A DNA stretch of 64,000 bases from Candidatus Latescibacterota bacterium (GTDB taxonomy: Bacteria; Latescibacterota; UBA2968; UBA8231), in the NCBI GenBank assembly GCA_965208105.1, contig OZ242318.1:544001-608000 (forward strand), written 5' to 3'. Positions within the stretch are counted from its first letter, which is position 1. Each line of letters begins with the position of its first letter. A program made the translations under genes and the position numbers. Below, piece after piece: positions 48,812 through 58,095 of this stretch. The notes beneath the pieces are model-generated. The model saw nothing but the letters and a program-made list of their open reading frames with translations, had not been told where the DNA came from and did no database searches.

Positions 48812-49336
48812 ATGCTCAACAACGAAATGCAGGACGCCCTCAACCAGCAGATCAACATCGAGTTCAACTCGGCCTATTCCTACCTCGCCCTGGCCGCCTA
48901 CTTCGAGGCCGTCCACCTGAAGGGGTTCGCGCACTGGATGCGGATTCACTACCTCGAGGAGCGCATGCACGCCAACAAGATCTTCGATTTCATCGTCGAC
49001 CGGGAAGGACGGGTCGAGCTTTTGGACCTCGCCAAGCCCCGCCTGGAATGGAGCTCTCCTCTGGAGGCCTTCGAGTGGGCCCTGGAGACTGAAGAGAGCA
49101 ACAGCGAGTCGATCTACAAGCTCGCCGAGCTCGCCATGGCAAAGCACGACTACGCCACCCATACCTTCATGCAGTGGTTCATCAGCGAACAGGTGGAGGA
49201 AGAGGCCATCGTCAACGACATGGTGGCCAAACTGCGCCTTGTGGGCGACAGCAACGCCGCCCTCTTCCTCATGGACCAGGAGCTGGGGCAGAGACCCATG
49301 CCCGAAGAGGCGGACCTCCAAGGCGATTCAGACTAG
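48812..49336 (+). CDS. ftnA: Non-heme ferritin
   Basis: LNQQINIEFNSAYSY, EERMHA, DYATHTFMQWFISEQVEEE. Confidence 0.92.
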   Translation: MLNNEMQDALNQQINIEFNSAYSYLALAAYFEAVHLKGFAHWMRIHYLEERMHANKIFDFIVDREGRVELLDLAKPRLEWSSPLEAFEWALETEESNSESIYKLAELAMAKHDYATHTFMQWFISEQVEEEAIVNDMVAKLRLVGDSNAALFLMDQELGQRPMPEEADLQGDSD

Positions 49337-49476
49337 CGTTGAAGGAGGGGATGCCGGAGGAGAAGGTATTCCTGCAATTGACCCACCCCCATCTATTTGC
49401 CTTCACCCCCTGAGAAATATCTGCGCTGATGTAGAATTCCTGCACCCGTCCCCAGGGCATGATGCACCCCCACTCC

Positions 49477-50259
49477 TTACTTCCGAGGCGCATGCTCTTT
49501 CTTCAGGCCCGCCTCCACCAGGCGACTGTCCATCTCCTCGACCAGGGCACGGTAACGGTCACTGCGGAAATATGCACTTGCCCGCTCCATGCTCTGCAGG
49601 CCGGTTTTGTCCAGGTAGCGCATGGACCCCATGTAAGCTCCATCAGCCGACTCCTTGATTAGTTTGACAAAACGCCTTGGGCTGCAATAAAGTAGAGGGG
49701 AAAGTGAAGCCGTCACTTTAACTCCGGCCGCCCGCAGCCGTCGCATGGTCCTGAGGCGCAACTCGATGCGCGGTGCGTGGGGTTCCAGCTTGCGCCGCAC
49801 CCGGTCGTCGTCGGTGGGAACCGAGAAGCCCACGCGCAGGCGGTCTCCGAAGGCCTGCAGGAGCTCCAGGTCTTCCAGGATAAGGTGGCTGCGGGTGTGC
49901 ACGACAACGCTCTCGGGGTTGCTTTCCAGCAAAACCATCAGGCAGCGCCGGGTCAGGCGGTACTGGCGCTCGACGTACTGGTAGGGGTCGGTGGCGGAAC
50001 CCACGAAAATATTCCGGCCCCAGATTTTGGCGCGCACCTTGCCCAGGAGGAACGGTGCGTTGGTCTTGGGCCGCACCCAGGCCCCCCAGGGCAGGGGGTG
50101 CTCGACGGCGTAGGGATATTTCATGACGTAGCAGTAGGAGCACCCCATTCCGCAGCCGCCGTAGGGATTGAGGGTGTAGCTGGTGGCAGGTGGCCCGTCC
50201 TGGGCCATCAGCACTGACTTTGCCGGGCTCTCTTCGATGGTAAGTCTGGAATGTGCCAT
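49477..50259 (-). CDS. Radical SAM protein, spore-photoproduct-lyase-like (SplB/Rv2578c family)
   Basis: LNPYGGCGMGCSYCY, GSATDPYQ..E..Y.LTR, LEPHAP. Confidence 0.88.
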   Translation of the reverse strand: MAHSRLTIEESPAKSVLMAQDGPPATSYTLNPYGGCGMGCSYCYVMKYPYAVEHPLPWGAWVRPKTNAPFLLGKVRAKIWGRNIFVGSATDPYQYVERQYRLTRRCLMVLLESNPESVVVHTRSHLILEDLELLQAFGDRLRVGFSVPTDDDRVRRKLEPHAPRIELRLRTMRRLRAAGVKVTASLSPLLYCSPRRFVKLIKESADGAYMGSMRYLDKTGLQSMERASAYFRSDRYRALVEEMDSRLVEAGLKKEHAPRK

Positions 50260-50264
50260 CCTCC

Positions 50265-50293
50265 AATATACTGAACAAATTTATAGCTGTCAA
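50265..50293 (-). promoter_or_regulatory. Sigma70 promoter (probably leaderless) with an SOS-box-like site in the spacer
   Basis: Minus strand TTGACA-17-TATATT ending 5 nt before the ATG. The spacer contains CTG-N10-TAG (50271-50286) flanked by TATA. Confidence 0.6.
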
Positions 50294-50434
50294 AGTCTGT
50301 ATTCCGAATCCAGCCATTGCCCACCCATGCCGATTTTCCTACCCAGCATCGGTCTAATATGGAAAGGCCGGCCCAGCCTTGGTACTGCAGCTGGACCGGC
50401 CTCGGTGATCGCGATTAAGCCATTCTCCCGCTGT

Positions 50435-51082
50435 TCAAAATTCACCGATGGAGGATTTCACGTCTCCCCAGCTTGTCTGCCTGACATTGGTGGCATCGCC
50501 CACGCGCTGGTATTCGGTGGTCTCTTCAACCCCCTCCTCCGTGAGGGAGGTGATGGACAGGATGTCCCCCTCGATGGCGTAGGTGACCTCGTCGGTGAAC
50601 CCGGAAATAAACTGCTGCTCGTCTATTCCGGCGAGGAAGTCCTCGATGAATTGCATTTCGAAGGCAGGATAGTCCTCCTCCGAAACTCCCAACAAGCCCG
50701 CGGCAATACTGGCCAGGGCGAGGGCGATTTCGGTGAGTACTTCCACGAAGTCGCGGCCGTCGATCAGCATCTCAAACTCGGAGATCTCGACCTGGATCTT
50801 GTCGCCGTTGACCTGGTAGGTCCCGCTGCCCTCGGCGGTGATCTTCTCTACCGCAACCTGGGCGGCTTCCACGGCGGACGTGAAGCCCTCCCCAAGTATG
50901 ATCTCCTGCTCGAGGAGAAAGCCGCCCCCGGCCTGAAAGGTCAGGCGGGTGATCGCCAGGTTGCCCTCCTCGTCTACGAGGTCTCCCTGCCAGATTCCGA
51001 CGAGGGCATCGTCCTGGGCAAAAAGCGGGAGTGATAGGAGAAAAAGTAGCGGGATTGAAGCGAGGATCCTGGACATGATCAA
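50435..51082 (-). CDS. Secreted acidic hypothetical protein with a C-terminal T/S-W-G-x-V/I-K motif
   Basis: Signal peptide, LVGIWQG lipocalin-like strand, ends ATNVRQTSWGDVKSSIGEF. Confidence 0.75.
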   Translation of the reverse strand: MIMSRILASIPLLFLLSLPLFAQDDALVGIWQGDLVDEEGNLAITRLTFQAGGGFLLEQEIILGEGFTSAVEAAQVAVEKITAEGSGTYQVNGDKIQVEISEFEMLIDGRDFVEVLTEIALALASIAAGLLGVSEEDYPAFEMQFIEDFLAGIDEQQFISGFTDEVTYAIEGDILSITSLTEEGVEETTEYQRVGDATNVRQTSWGDVKSSIGEF

Positions 51083-51152
51083 TTCCTTTTTCTTTATGGA
51101 ATAAACCTTGGTGGGAAGCGGAGAACTTGCTCCAAATTTTATCTATGGTACA

Positions 51153-51181
51153 ATGTTATCAATGGGTTATAATTTTGTCAA
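51153..51181 (-). promoter_or_regulatory. Sigma70-type promoter for the 50435-51082 gene
   Basis: Minus strand TTGACA-17-TAACAT. Confidence 0.5.
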
Positions 51182-51208
51182 GCCGATTCGGATGATGATG
51201 GAGAAACC

Positions 51209-52444
51209 ATGGAACGCCTGATCAGCCTGCTCGGACTCGTGGTGATGGTCGCCCTGGCTTTCGCCATGAGCGCCGACCGCCGCAAGGTGAATCTGCGCCT
51301 GGTGGGGGCCGGCGTGGGCCTGCAATTTCTCCTGGCCCTGCTCGTCCTCAAAACCGCCCCGGGCCAGGCCGTCTTCGGCCACATGGGCGCCTTCTTCACC
51401 GCCTTGCTCAACTACGTGGACGCCGGCTCCGGTTTCGTCTTCGGAGAGGCCTTCGGAGAGCATTTCTTCGCATTCAAGGTACTGCCCACCATCATATTTT
51501 TCTCGGCTTTGACCGCCTTGCTCTACCACCTGGGCATTCTGCAGGTGGTGGTGGCCGCCTTCGCCTGGGTCATGCAGCGCACCCTGCGCACCTCCGGGGC
51601 GGAGAGCCTGGCGGCGGCGGCGAACATCTTCCTGGGTCAGACCGAGGCTCCCCTGGTGGTGCGCCCCTACGTGGCCACCATGACCCGGTCGGAGCTCATG
51701 GCCCTCATGGTGGGCGGCTTCGCAACCATCGCGGGAGCGGTGCTGGCCGCCTTCGTCGGCATGGGCATCGACGCCTCCCATCTTCTGGCAGCCTCGGTGA
51801 TATCCGCACCGGCGGCGCTGATGGCGGCCAAGGTCATGCAGCCGGAGGTGGAGGTCCCCAGGACCCTGGGCACGGTGTCCGTCCCGGTGGAGCGCAGCGC
51901 CACCAACGTGGTGGAAGCCGCGGCCAACGGCACCCTGGACGGCCTGCGCCTGGCCCTCAACGTGGGAGCCATGCTCATCGCCGCCCTGGGACTGATAGCC
52001 CTGCTGGACGGGTGCCTTGGCCTCCTGGGCCGGGGCGCGGGCTACATTCTGGGCGTGGACGGCCTGGAGTGGTCGTTGTCGGCGGCGCTGGGCTATCTCT
52101 TCGCTCCCTTTGCCTGGTTGATGGGAATCGAGGCGGCCGATTGCCTGGCGGCCGGCGAGCTGCTGGGCAAGAAGATGGTGGCCAACGAGTTCGTCTCCTA
52201 TCTCCAGCTGAGCCAGTGGATGGAGCCCGCCTCGGAGGTCGAGCTGAGCCCGCGCTCGGTGGTCATCCTCACCTATGCCCTGTGCGGCTTCGCCAACTTC
52301 AGCAGCATCGGCATTCAGATAGGCGGCATCGGCGGCATCGCACCCGAGCGCCGCGGCGAACTGGCGCGGCTTGGTTTCCGCGCCATGCTGGGCGGCACCC
52401 TGGCCTGCTTCATGACCGCCTGCGTGGCGGGGATCCTGCTCTAG
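51209..52444 (+). CDS. nupC: NupC/CNT family Na+/H+-nucleoside cotransporter
   Basis: VLPTIIFFSAL, ANIFLGQTEAPL, GGFATIAGAVL, NEFVSY, YALCGFANFSSIGIQIGG. Confidence 0.93.
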   Translation: MERLISLLGLVVMVALAFAMSADRRKVNLRLVGAGVGLQFLLALLVLKTAPGQAVFGHMGAFFTALLNYVDAGSGFVFGEAFGEHFFAFKVLPTIIFFSALTALLYHLGILQVVVAAFAWVMQRTLRTSGAESLAAAANIFLGQTEAPLVVRPYVATMTRSELMALMVGGFATIAGAVLAAFVGMGIDASHLLAASVISAPAALMAAKVMQPEVEVPRTLGTVSVPVERSATNVVEAAANGTLDGLRLALNVGAMLIAALGLIALLDGCLGLLGRGAGYILGVDGLEWSLSAALGYLFAPFAWLMGIEAADCLAAGELLGKKMVANEFVSYLQLSQWMEPASEVELSPRSVVILTYALCGFANFSSIGIQIGGIGGIAPERRGELARLGFRAMLGGTLACFMTACVAGILL

Positions 52445-52474
52445 CAGCCCGGATGGACTTTTCAACGGGCTGCC
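52441..52474. repeat. Short palindromic element at the nupC CTAG stop
   Basis: GCAGCCCG-gatggacttttcaa-CGGGCTGC hairpin; inverted copy at 27060-27087. Confidence 0.65.
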
Positions 52475-52682
52475 AAGTTCCCGTCTGTGGCGGTGTTTCA
52501 AACTGCCCCGGGGCCATTCAGACTGCCGATTACAGCAGAACTCCCAGCTGGGCAATGCCTGTCGGCGAGACCTCCGCAGGGCCCGGCAGTATATCTTGAC
52601 ACCCCAGATTTCAATTATTATCGTGAGAGCGATTCAGCAGTCGACGCCGACCTCCCGGCGCCGGATTTGCGGGGAGACATCC

Positions 52683-55655
52683 ATGTGGCCTTCACCATCC
52701 ATCCCTCGAAACGTCCTGCTGGCCGTTGCCCTGTTCGCCCCTGTCCTTGAGGCCCAGGAAAGTTCCCCCAACCTTGGGCCTCCCCAGGTCCTTCCCTCCC
52801 CGCACCTGTTCCTGCGCACCGAGTGGCGGACTTACCGCAATTTCTCCTTCCAGAATTTTACCCAGTATCCCAACCACACCCAGCCCTTCGACGTCGCTCC
52901 AAGGGCCTACTACAACTCGATGGGCAACTACCTGATCACCGGCTATCCCCTCTACGAATGGCTGGAAACCCGCGCCCCTGAGCAGCAGTGGGGCAGCTCC
53001 ATATTCAAGGACGTGGGATTTCAGTACAATACCAGCAGCCCATGGATTACCGTTTTCGACAACGTGGTGCTCGCCCGCGACGGATATGGCGGCTGGGGCT
53101 ATACCGCCATGGTGGGAGACGCGCTGATCGCCCGCTTCTCTCCCCTGACCCTGTCAAAGGCGAACTTCAACGGCATGAGGGTGGACATATCCACTCCCTA
53201 CCTCAAATTCACCGCCCTGGGATCGAGGGTCGAACGGCCCCACTCCTACCTCCACACCGTCCCTGCCGGCGGCTGGTTCTTCGACGACAAGTTCTATCTG
53301 GCCGACAACTCCACCTTGCTGGCGGGCAGCCGGCTGCAGATCGACCTGGGTGTTCTGAACCTCGGCCTGAACTGGGTCAACCACCACCTCTACCAGAGCG
53401 CAAGTCCCGGCAACAGCCTCAAGGGGCGGCTGCGCCCGGACCAGCCCCTGATAGACTGGATCGTAGTGCGCTTTTCCGACGATTCGCCCGAGGATGGCAT
53501 GGGCGGGGCCGTGGTCCAGGAGGTGCGCCTCATCGTCAACGGCGAGGTCAGAGACGACCTGAGGCCGCAGGCGGTGCGGAACCACCGGGGCATTACCCCG
53601 CAGGTGGGCCGGTTTTCGCGGGCAACGGGAGAATTCCGCACCGCCAACTACGTCAAGCCCACCAGCGACCCTGGCTTCGAGGGCAACACCTACTACCGGG
53701 ACCGCGAGATTCCACTCTTCGCCGACTACCTCTACCGCCTTGACCATGAGGCCGCCATCGACGTGAGCGGCGACACCAACCTGGACGGGTTGGTGTCGTC
53801 CTTTTCGGTGGAATCGCCTTTGAACGTCCTTCGCGCCGACGGGGAAGAGCAGTTGGCATTTCTCTTCGATTTGTCCGGAGAGCCCCAGGTGGACTCGGTG
53901 GAGATGGAAGCCCTGCTCGCCAACGATTACCGGGTGGAGGTGGCCTTCCTGTACCCCTTCGACCCGCGCGCCAATACCTATCACGCCAGGTACATCAGCT
54001 CCTACTACTCCACGGTGCTGCAGGCCAGCGGCAACGTGCAGGACCTGTCCAACCAGAGACGGGTGCGGGTGAAATTCGGGGAAAACACGGGGCAGTTCGT
54101 CTACAGCGCCGACGTGAACCTGCGCCTGGCCGGCCTCGAAGTCCACGGCGAGTACGCGCGCTCGAGCCTCTACTCGCGCTATCCCGCTCAAGCCGCGGGG
54201 ATTCCCCAGCTGGATGCGGGACCGCGCTTCAGCGACCGAGGTGCGGCCTACTTCCTCAATGCGACGCGCTGGTTCGGCGGCGCCCGGGTGGGGGGCGAGT
54301 TCTTTTCGATCAACCCCGGGTTCAGCACCGAGATGCGCAACTACCTGGCCTGGGACGACTACATGTGGCTGACCCACTTTGCCGGGCTGACCAACCGCAC
54401 CATCTACTGGCAGTTGGTGGACGACAACGATGACGGGGACCGCTACCCGGACCGCAGGGTCGGCAACCTGCCCGGCCTTCTCAACGACACCAAGGCCTAC
54501 GACATAGACGGGGTCTTCCTGGGCCAGGACGAGAACAACGACGGCACCCCCGAGATCAACCGCAACCTCAACCTGCTTCCCGACTACGAAGAGCCCTTCC
54601 TGATGTACGACGTCGAGCCCAACGACTACGTATACGGGCTCGACCGCAACAACAACGACGAGCCGGACCAGCGCGAGGACGACGGCGACGTCGACTATCC
54701 CTACGACTACGACCAGCGCGGCTTTCACCTCTTCGGACAGTGGTCCCTGACGCGGCGCTGGTTGCTGGCGGTGGGCCGCTACGACGTCGATCAGATCGCC
54801 AGGGAGGGGAGCAACAATTCGACCTATCTCCTGCTGACCTATGATCGCACCGGGGTGGCCCGCCTGCGCCGGCTGTTTTTCGAGAACCACCTGCGGCGGG
54901 TGCGGGACGACATAGCCGACGAGTTCGTGACCATCAACGAAAGACCCATTCGCGACGGCAATTTCGGCCACCGCGGGCTCACCTTTCACTACCTCCGCGC
55001 ATGGGAGACCCGCCCGCCGCGCTTCAGGAGCAGTTTCCGCCGCGACCCCGTTCGCTACCGCGACAGCTACGTCAACGAGACCTACTTCGAGAGCCGGCTG
55101 CGGCCCCGGCGCGGGCTCCACCTGGTGCAGAAGGTGCGCCTGCGGCTCAACTGGCAGCAGGGCGGCCAGGTGCGGCCGGGAATCTTCCAGCGCAGCCGCC
55201 GGCTGGACTTCTGGACCGTGGTCAGCCAGGTGGGCTACACCCGGCACTGGGGCAGGCTCAGCGCCACTGCCCAGTACAAGTTCATGTTCCTGCGCCTGCA
55301 GGACCAGGAACGGGGACGCGCCCTCCACTACGAAACCCGCTCGATACCAATCCTGCGCTTCTCCTATCCTCTCATGAGCCGGACGTCGATCCAGGCGGGA
55401 GTCCAGGGCATGGGACCGCTTTCCTATCGGCTCAAGGACAGGGTAGCCGGCCGCGACAGCTTCGAGCAGCACACCTCCTTCCTCACCATGACCAACCGCT
55501 CCCGGTACTTCGGCTACGAAATCGTGACCATCGCCGGGGTCTACAAGGACAGAAGGAAGTTCGACAAGGCCTTTCAGACCTTCCACAGCTTCGACGCCCT
55601 GTCGTACTTCGTGCGCGGCGTCGTGGGCTTCTCCGAGTTCGGCCGAATGATCTAG
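52683..55655 (+). CDS. Large secreted/outer-membrane hypothetical protein (~990 aa) with Asp-rich Ca-binding-like repeats
   Basis: Signal peptide ...VLEAQE; DDNDDGDRYPD, DENNDGTPE, DRNNNDEPD; beta-strand-rich C-terminus. TTGACA at 52596 upstream. Confidence 0.75.
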   Translation: MWPSPSIPRNVLLAVALFAPVLEAQESSPNLGPPQVLPSPHLFLRTEWRTYRNFSFQNFTQYPNHTQPFDVAPRAYYNSMGNYLITGYPLYEWLETRAPEQQWGSSIFKDVGFQYNTSSPWITVFDNVVLARDGYGGWGYTAMVGDALIARFSPLTLSKANFNGMRVDISTPYLKFTALGSRVERPHSYLHTVPAGGWFFDDKFYLADNSTLLAGSRLQIDLGVLNLGLNWVNHHLYQSASPGNSLKGRLRPDQPLIDWIVVRFSDDSPEDGMGGAVVQEVRLIVNGEVRDDLRPQAVRNHRGITPQVGRFSRATGEFRTANYVKPTSDPGFEGNTYYRDREIPLFADYLYRLDHEAAIDVSGDTNLDGLVSSFSVESPLNVLRADGEEQLAFLFDLSGEPQVDSVEMEALLANDYRVEVAFLYPFDPRANTYHARYISSYYSTVLQASGNVQDLSNQRRVRVKFGENTGQFVYSADVNLRLAGLEVHGEYARSSLYSRYPAQAAGIPQLDAGPRFSDRGAAYFLNATRWFGGARVGGEFFSINPGFSTEMRNYLAWDDYMWLTHFAGLTNRTIYWQLVDDNDDGDRYPDRRVGNLPGLLNDTKAYDIDGVFLGQDENNDGTPEINRNLNLLPDYEEPFLMYDVEPNDYVYGLDRNNNDEPDQREDDGDVDYPYDYDQRGFHLFGQWSLTRRWLLAVGRYDVDQIAREGSNNSTYLLLTYDRTGVARLRRLFFENHLRRVRDDIADEFVTINERPIRDGNFGHRGLTFHYLRAWETRPPRFRSSFRRDPVRYRDSYVNETYFESRLRPRRGLHLVQKVRLRLNWQQGGQVRPGIFQRSRRLDFWTVVSQVGYTRHWGRLSATAQYKFMFLRLQDQERGRALHYETRSIPILRFSYPLMSRTSIQAGVQGMGPLSYRLKDRVAGRDSFEQHTSFLTMTNRSRYFGYEIVTIAGVYKDRRKFDKAFQTFHSFDALSYFVRGVVGFSEFGRMI

Positions 55656-55675
55656 ACCGCCACAGGGGAATTGAT

Positions 55676-56485
55676 ATGGGCAACAGATTGCAGGGCAGGA
55701 CCGCCATAGTCACCGGCGCCGGATCGTGCGGTCCCGGGTGGGGCAACGGAAAAGCCGCCGCGGTCCTCTACGCCAGGGAGGGAGCCAGGGTCTTCGCCGT
55801 CGATATCGACACCGATGCCGCCCGGGAAACCAGCAGCATCATCGCCTCGGAAGGCGGCGACTGCACCGTTCATTCCTGCGACGTGTCCAAGGGTGATGAA
55901 GTGCAGGCAATGGTCCAGGCATGTGCCGATCGCTACGGCAGCATCGATGTCCTTCACAACAACGTCGGCATCATCGATGTGGGTGGGGTCGTCGAAACCA
56001 GCGAAGGCAGCTGGGACCGGGTCGTCCAGGTCAACCTGAAGAGCATATTTTTGACCTGCAAGCACGCCATCCCCCACATGGAATCCCAGGGCAAGGGGTC
56101 CATCGTCAACATCGCCTCCACCGTGGGGATCCGCTGGCACGGAGTTCCCTATATTTCCTATTCCTCGACCAAGGCAGCCATCATCCAGTTCACCAAGGCC
56201 ACGGCCATGCAATATGCGGCCAGGAATATTCGCTGCAACGCCGTCCTTCCCGGGTTCATCAACACCCCCTTCGTGCACAAGTCCCTGGCAGAGTTCTATT
56301 CCGCCGGCGACATCGAAAAAATGATCGCCATCAGGGACCGGCAGTGTCCCATGGGGAAGATGGGGGAAGCCTGGGACGTGGCCTACGCCGCGCTGTTTCT
56401 GGCATCGGACGAATCCAAGTACGTGACCGGGGCGGAACTGGTGGTGGACGGCGGCCTGACCTGTTCGACATCCGAGCCCAAATAG
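55676..56485 (+). CDS. SDR family NAD(P)-dependent oxidoreductase
   Basis: TGAGSCGPGWGNG, HNNVG, YSSTK (YxxxK), PGFINTP. Confidence 0.92.
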   Translation: MGNRLQGRTAIVTGAGSCGPGWGNGKAAAVLYAREGARVFAVDIDTDAARETSSIIASEGGDCTVHSCDVSKGDEVQAMVQACADRYGSIDVLHNNVGIIDVGGVVETSEGSWDRVVQVNLKSIFLTCKHAIPHMESQGKGSIVNIASTVGIRWHGVPYISYSSTKAAIIQFTKATAMQYAARNIRCNAVLPGFINTPFVHKSLAEFYSAGDIEKMIAIRDRQCPMGKMGEAWDVAYAALFLASDESKYVTGAELVVDGGLTCSTSEPK

Positions 56486-56527
56486 CCGCTGCGGCGTCAG
56501 TCCCCGTGGCCGCATGAAGGAGAGTCA

Positions 56528-58078
56528 ATGGCATTCGACTGCATCATCCGCAACGCGGCCATCGTCGACGGCAGCGGCGACCGCGCCCCCTATGCCGGAG
56601 ACGTGGCCGTGGACGGCGACAAGATCGGTGCCGTGGGCTCCCTGGACGGTGCCCAGGCCGGGACGACCATCGACGCCGGCGGCCGTGCCATCAGCCCCGG
56701 CTTCATCGACGCCCACATTCACTCGGAGATTCCCCTGCTGGGAGGGCGCGACCAGCTGGCGGCCCTGTACCAGGGGGTCACCACCCATTTCCTTGCTCCC
56801 GACGGATTCGGCTGGGCACCCCTGAGCCGCGCCCGCGCCCGGGAGATGTGGCGCAACACCCAGTTCGCCTATCCCGAGGACAAGGGGCTCAGCCTCGACT
56901 GGTCCTCTCCCGAGGAATACCTGAGCATATTTCCCGGCAACACCCCGGCCAACGTCTATCCCCAGGTCCCCCACTGCGCCGTGCGCCTGGGGGCCATGGG
57001 CTGGGACCCCCGCCCGGCTACTGATGGGGAGCTGGCGACCATGGCAGCGACCACGAGGCAGTGGCTGGAGGCCGGCGCCGGCGTCCTCTGCCTCGGTCTC
57101 GACTACCAGCCCAGTGCCAACGCCGACCTGCGCGAGCTGGTGGAGCTGTCCAAGATTGCCGCCTCCTACGGCGCCCTATACGCCGCCCACCTGCGCTACC
57201 AGATCCTCGGCCGTCGCCGTGCCTGGGAGGAGATCATCGAGATATCGCGGCAAGCCCGGATTCCGGTCCACGTCTCACACGAACGAGTGGACGACGAGAG
57301 CGAGGAGATACTCGCCCGCGTAGACCAGGAGGACGTGGACCTGAGCTTCGAGTCCTATCTCTACCCCGCGGGCATGACCCACATGCTGATGCAACTTCCA
57401 ATGGACTTCCAGGCCGGAACCCCGGACGAGGTCCTGCACAGACTCAGGCAGCCGCAGACCCGCCGGGAATCGCTGCCCTATTTGAAGGATAATCTGGGGC
57501 CCCTGGGCAACCAGATCGTCGGCTACACTCCTTCCGGGCGCCATATCGGCATGACAATCGCCGACGCGGCGGAGAGCCTCGGTAAATCGTGGGAAGAGTT
57601 CGTCTACGATCTCATCGTCGAGGAGGATGGGGTGGAAACCTTCGTGTGCCGCTGGCATACTCCCGACCACCATAACCAGGCCACCATCGAACGCACCGCG
57701 GTTCATCCGCGCATGATGATCGCCAGCGACGGGATCTACGACATTCCCCACCCCCATCCCCGGGGCTACGGCTGTTTCGCCCGGGTTCTCCGGCGCTTCG
57801 TGCGCCAGCGCAGGCTTCTGTCGCTGCAGAAGGCGGTCTACAAGATGTCGGGCTATCCCGCCAGGCGCTTCGGCCTCGCCGACCGGGGCCGCATCGCCGA
57901 GGGCATGGCCGCAGACCTGGTCCTCTTCGACCCCGATACGGTGGCCGACCGCTCCACCTGGGACGAGCCGCTGCGGCGCGCCGTCGGCGTCGACCGGGTT
58001 ATGGTCAACGGCACCTGGGTGATCGAGCGCGGCGAGTGGACCGGCCGGCTGCCGGGCCGGGTGCTGCGCCGTTCCTGA
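56528..58078 (+). CDS. N-acyl-D-amino-acid deacylase (D-aminoacylase) family
   Basis: PGFIDAHIHS, HPHPRGYGCFARVL, RGRIAEGMAADLVLFDP. Confidence 0.9.
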   Translation: MAFDCIIRNAAIVDGSGDRAPYAGDVAVDGDKIGAVGSLDGAQAGTTIDAGGRAISPGFIDAHIHSEIPLLGGRDQLAALYQGVTTHFLAPDGFGWAPLSRARAREMWRNTQFAYPEDKGLSLDWSSPEEYLSIFPGNTPANVYPQVPHCAVRLGAMGWDPRPATDGELATMAATTRQWLEAGAGVLCLGLDYQPSANADLRELVELSKIAASYGALYAAHLRYQILGRRRAWEEIIEISRQARIPVHVSHERVDDESEEILARVDQEDVDLSFESYLYPAGMTHMLMQLPMDFQAGTPDEVLHRLRQPQTRRESLPYLKDNLGPLGNQIVGYTPSGRHIGMTIADAAESLGKSWEEFVYDLIVEEDGVETFVCRWHTPDHHNQATIERTAVHPRMMIASDGIYDIPHPHPRGYGCFARVLRRFVRQRRLLSLQKAVYKMSGYPARRFGLADRGRIAEGMAADLVLFDPDTVADRSTWDEPLRRAVGVDRVMVNGTWVIERGEWTGRLPGRVLRRS

Positions 58079-58095
58079 CCAGCTGGAATTGCCTT

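Noticed and set aside
53154-55586. Long antisense ORFs (e.g. 53154-55586, 59508-61637, 21813-23633, 45411-47501)
   Set aside because: Shadow frames of real genes caused by high GC3 codon bias; no motifs or RBS.
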